In this document: piece after piece, positions 14,572 through 16,922 of the stretch | Position numbering within the stretch: position 1 is the first letter of the stretch | Layout: each line of letters starts with the position of its first letter | DNA from: an archaeon | GTDB taxonomy: Archaea; Asgardarchaeota; Heimdallarchaeia; Hodarchaeales; S146-22 | Length of the DNA: 16,922 nt | Direction of reading: 5' to 3' | Assembly (NCBI GenBank): GCA_024276395.1 | Contig: JAJRXH010000099.1 | Span: 1-16,922 of the forward strand | The notes under the pieces: model-generated | What the model was told of the DNA's origin: nothing | Seen by the model: the letters and a program-made list of their open reading frames with translations, nothing else | The model's database searches: none | Program-made: the position numbers and the translations under genes

Positions 14572-15332
14572 TTGGAATCAGAATCTTTCATGTAGTCTGG
14601 TGCAGGTACATACATCACACCAATCGTTGCATCATCCTTCACTTCCAACTTGCTCATAAAATGTTGTAACCCATCCTCTAAGGAAAACTTCTCCATTCGG
14701 ACACCATGCAAGTGCAACCATAATGACTTGTATATATCTGGATTATTGAAAGAGATACCATCAGTGGCCATGATGAGAAAACTACCCTCTGGAAAAGATT
14801 GACGCACGGCAAGGAAGGTAGGTAGTGAGGAAACTCCCTTTGATGACACGTATCCTTCTAGCTTGCCCCCACGAGAATATGGAATTAAATAACTTGCTGA
14901 TGCTTGCAAATCACCATTAAAATGAAGTATGGTGCCATCACCAAGATAGTATACATAAATGTAATTTCCATCAGTTGCTCCTATCATGACTGTTGTTGCG
15001 GCATCCTCCGATTTCACACCCTCTTCAAGCAAAGCAAACCGCATATTCTGTGGTGCAGCGTACATGAGATCATCTAACACGCTCTCCAGTTCAGCTGGAT
15101 TACCATCATGCGTGATCGCATAAGAAAAAGCTTCATTCATGATCTGAACCATTATACGAGATGCCACTGAGCCAAGTGTCTGGGATACCCCATCACAAAT
15201 GATAATTCCTCGAAGATGACCATCTACCGTTTCAAAGGTACCAACTGCATCGTGACCATGAAAGTCATTTCGCGAATAAGTTGCGATCTTCACTTGCTCG
15301 AGGACGGCAGTATTAGGTTTCATCCAATTCAC
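14568..15332 (-). CDS. PP2C-like (PPM-family) protein phosphatase, divergent paralog A (254 aa by ORF track, more likely 251 aa starting at ATG 15323)
   Basis: The motifs are 'SRNDFHGHD', 'IICDGVS' (DG), 'AATTVMIGA' (GTT-like), 'YLGDGT' (GDS-like), 'IMATDGIS' (xDG) and 'KDDATIGVMYV' (DNxT-like). The ORF-track start is GTG (15332), only 1 nt after GAGGT (complement of 15334-15338). ATG 15323 has a 10-nt spacing and is preferred. Confidence 0.7.
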   Translation of the reverse strand: MNWMKPNTAVLEQVKIATYSRNDFHGHDAVGTFETVDGHLRGIIICDGVSQTLGSVASRIMVQIMNEAFSYAITHDGNPAELESVLDDLMYAAPQNMRFALLEEGVKSEDAATTVMIGATDGNYIYVYYLGDGTILHFNGDLQASASYLIPYSRGGKLEGYVSSKGVSSLPTFLAVRQSFPEGSFLIMATDGISFNNPDIYKSLWLHLHGVRMEKFSLEDGLQHFMSKLEVKDDATIGVMYVPAPDYMKDSDSK

Positions 15333-15442
15333 AACCTCAATGTTGATGGCAAGAATTACAAGTCATGAAAAATCTAGGCATATTTGTTTTAAAACGGTTC
15401 GCGTGAGTGTTACTGAATGATTGCCCATTGAAAAAGCAAGAT

Positions 15443-15486
15443 AAAAAAATCAGATAGGAAGAAAGAAAAAGAATGAAGATAAAAAA
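15443..15486 (-). terminator. Oligo-T tracts downstream of glpK (archaeal-type termination signals)
   Basis: On the minus strand there is a T6 run (complement of 15481-15486, 21 nt after the stop) and a T7 run (complement of 15443-15449). Confidence 0.4.
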
Positions 15487-15506
15487 CACTTATAATTAAT
15501 GAAACA

Positions 15507-16922
15507 TCACGAAACCCACTTCATAGCTCGTCTCACGGCATCTTCCCACCTTTTTAGAAGTCTCATCCTAGTTTCCATCTCAATAGCTGGAATGAAAACC
15601 TTATCTAATTCCCATGCTACTTGTAATTCTTTTTTATCCTTCCAAAATCGAGAAGATAAGCCAGCCAAGAAGGCTGCACCCAAAGCAGTGGTTTCTTGAT
15701 TCCTTGGACGCTCACATCTCACGCCTAGAAGATCTGATTGAAACTGCATCAATAAATCATTACGAGAGGCTCCGCCATCAACACGTAACGCTGCAATGGT
15801 CTTACCGCTATCTTGAATCATTGCCTTGAAGACATCATAACAAGAAAAAGCAATGGATTCAAGAGCAGCCCGTGCTAAGTGATGCTTGTTGCTTGCCCTA
15901 GTTAAACCAATGATGAGTCCTCTTGCAGTTTCATCCCAATAAGGCGCAAAAAGTCCAGTGAAAGCAGGCACGAAATAGACACCACCATTATCTGGAACCT
16001 GTCGTGCTAACGTTTCAATTTCCGAGGAAGTTGAGATGATTCCCAATTGATCACGTAGCCACTGCACCACTGCTCCAGCAATGGCCACACTTCCCTCGAG
16101 AGCATAATAAGCAGGCTCTCCTTTCAGTTGATAGGCAACAGTCGTTAATAATCCATGATTCGAACTGACCGGAGTCTTCCCTACATTTTCAAGGAGAAAG
16201 GCACCTGTGCCATAAGTTGCCTTTGCCATCCCTTCTTCAAAGCACAACTGTCCGACCAAAGCTCCTTGTTGATCACCGATAACCGCTGTAATGGGAATTT
16301 CAACATCTTCTTCACTTGACATGTTCAGCAGACCTGTCTTTATCGTTCCATATTCATTTGAATCACTACTTGGAACGATTCGCGGTAATATGTCCTCTGG
16401 AATGTTAAAGAGTGTCAATAATTCTTCGCTCCAGGTTAGGGAACGGAGATCCATCAGCATCATTCGAGAAGCGTTAGTTACATCAGTCACGTGCGTGCCA
16501 CCAGTCAAGTTCCACACAAGCCAACTATCCACCGTGCCCACCTTCAAGGATCCTCTTTCTAGCGTTTTTTTCACGGCACTAGAATTGTCAAGAAGCCAAC
16601 GAATCTTCAAGGCAGAGAAATAGGTAGATACAGGCAACCCCGTGATTTTTCTAATGGTATCCTCATTCATCTTGAATTGTCTTACTAAATCCGCAGTTCT
16701 CAAATCTTGCCACACGATAGCATTATGAAGTGGTCTCCCAGTCCGTTCATCCCACGCTATCGTGGTTTCACGTTGGTTAGTCACACCAATGGCAACAATA
16801 TCACGCAAAGAAACACTTGCCTGATGCATTGCTTCTTTAATTACCTGAACCGTCTTATTTAACATTTCTAATGGATCATGCTCAACCCATCCTGGATGAG
16901 GAAAAATCTGTTGATGCTCTTG
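15507..16922 (-). CDS. glpK: Glycerol kinase, 5'-truncated by the window edge
   Basis: The frame stays open from the track's Met (16865) to nt 16922, reading 'QEHQQIFPHPGWVEHDPLE'. That is the conserved GlpK N-terminal block. It is followed by 'VTNQRETTIAWDERTGRPLHNAIVWQDLRT', 'GTGAFLL' and 'DGGASRNDLLMQFQSDLLG' (FGGY kinase family). About 30 N-terminal residues lie off-window. Confidence 0.95.
   Translation of the reverse strand, partial: QEHQQIFPHPGWVEHDPLEMLNKTVQVIKEAMHQASVSLRDIVAIGVTNQRETTIAWDERTGRPLHNAIVWQDLRTADLVRQFKMNEDTIRKITGLPVSTYFSALKIRWLLDNSSAVKKTLERGSLKVGTVDSWLVWNLTGGTHVTDVTNASRMMLMDLRSLTWSEELLTLFNIPEDILPRIVPSSDSNEYGTIKTGLLNMSSEEDVEIPITAVIGDQQGALVGQLCFEEGMAKATYGTGAFLLENVGKTPVSSNHGLLTTVAYQLKGEPAYYALEGSVAIAGAVVQWLRDQLGIISTSSEIETLARQVPDNGGVYFVPAFTGLFAPYWDETARGLIIGLTRASNKHHLARAALESIAFSCYDVFKAMIQDSGKTIAALRVDGGASRNDLLMQFQSDLLGVRCERPRNQETTALGAAFLAGLSSRFWKDKKELQVAWELDKVFIPAIEMETRMRLLKRWEDAVRRAMKWVS

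Noticed and set aside
14211-14659. ORFs 14211-14405 (-) and 14444-14659 (+)
   Set aside because: They are out-of-frame or antisense within the Rab-like and PP2C-A genes, whose frames carry strong family motifs.
15499-16623. Plus-strand ORFs 15499-15699, 15614-15829 and 16291-16623
   Set aside because: They are antisense to glycerol kinase, whose frame is unambiguous.
1-16922. Whether the window is a mobile element, prophage or defence island
   Set aside because: I recognised no integrase, transposase, recombinase, nuclease, methyltransferase or toxin-like motif. There are no flanking inverted repeats or tRNA. Housekeeping genes (hisS, glpK) bracket the region, and composition looks uniform by eye.

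Overview
The window is visibly AT-rich, densely coding and looks chromosomal. I found no integrase, transposase, CRISPR array, tRNA or rRNA. Expression signals look archaeal: TATA-like boxes sit about 25-40 nt upstream of starts, GAGGT/GGAGG(TG) Shine-Dalgarno motifs sit 7-10 nt upstream of at least six starts, and oligo-T tracts follow genes. Together with a eukaryote-like Rab-type small GTPase, this suggests an Asgard-type archaeon, but that is inference and cannot be proven from the sequence alone. Gene order: two copies of a ~54-nt double-hairpin plus oligo-T repeat (1-214); hisS (-); a divergent two-gene unit of an orphan 1327-aa protein abutted to a 441-aa GTPase with two large inserts (+); a small CxxC protein (-); a metallophosphoesterase (+); a four-CxxC zinc-ribbon protein (-); a flotillin-like SPFH protein and an NfeD/YqiJ-like partner (-); an MFS transporter fused to a C-terminal DUF47/PhoU-like domain (+); a cluster of PP2C-like phosphatase, Rab-like GTPase and PP2C-like paralog (-); and a 5'-truncated glycerol kinase (-). 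The most interesting candidates are the giant-protein/GTPase module, whose two ORFs share a frame across a single TGA, and the PP2C-Rab-PP2C cluster, which has a perfect 21-nt tandem repeat in its internal promoter. All functional calls rest on motifs read by eye, because no database search was possible.
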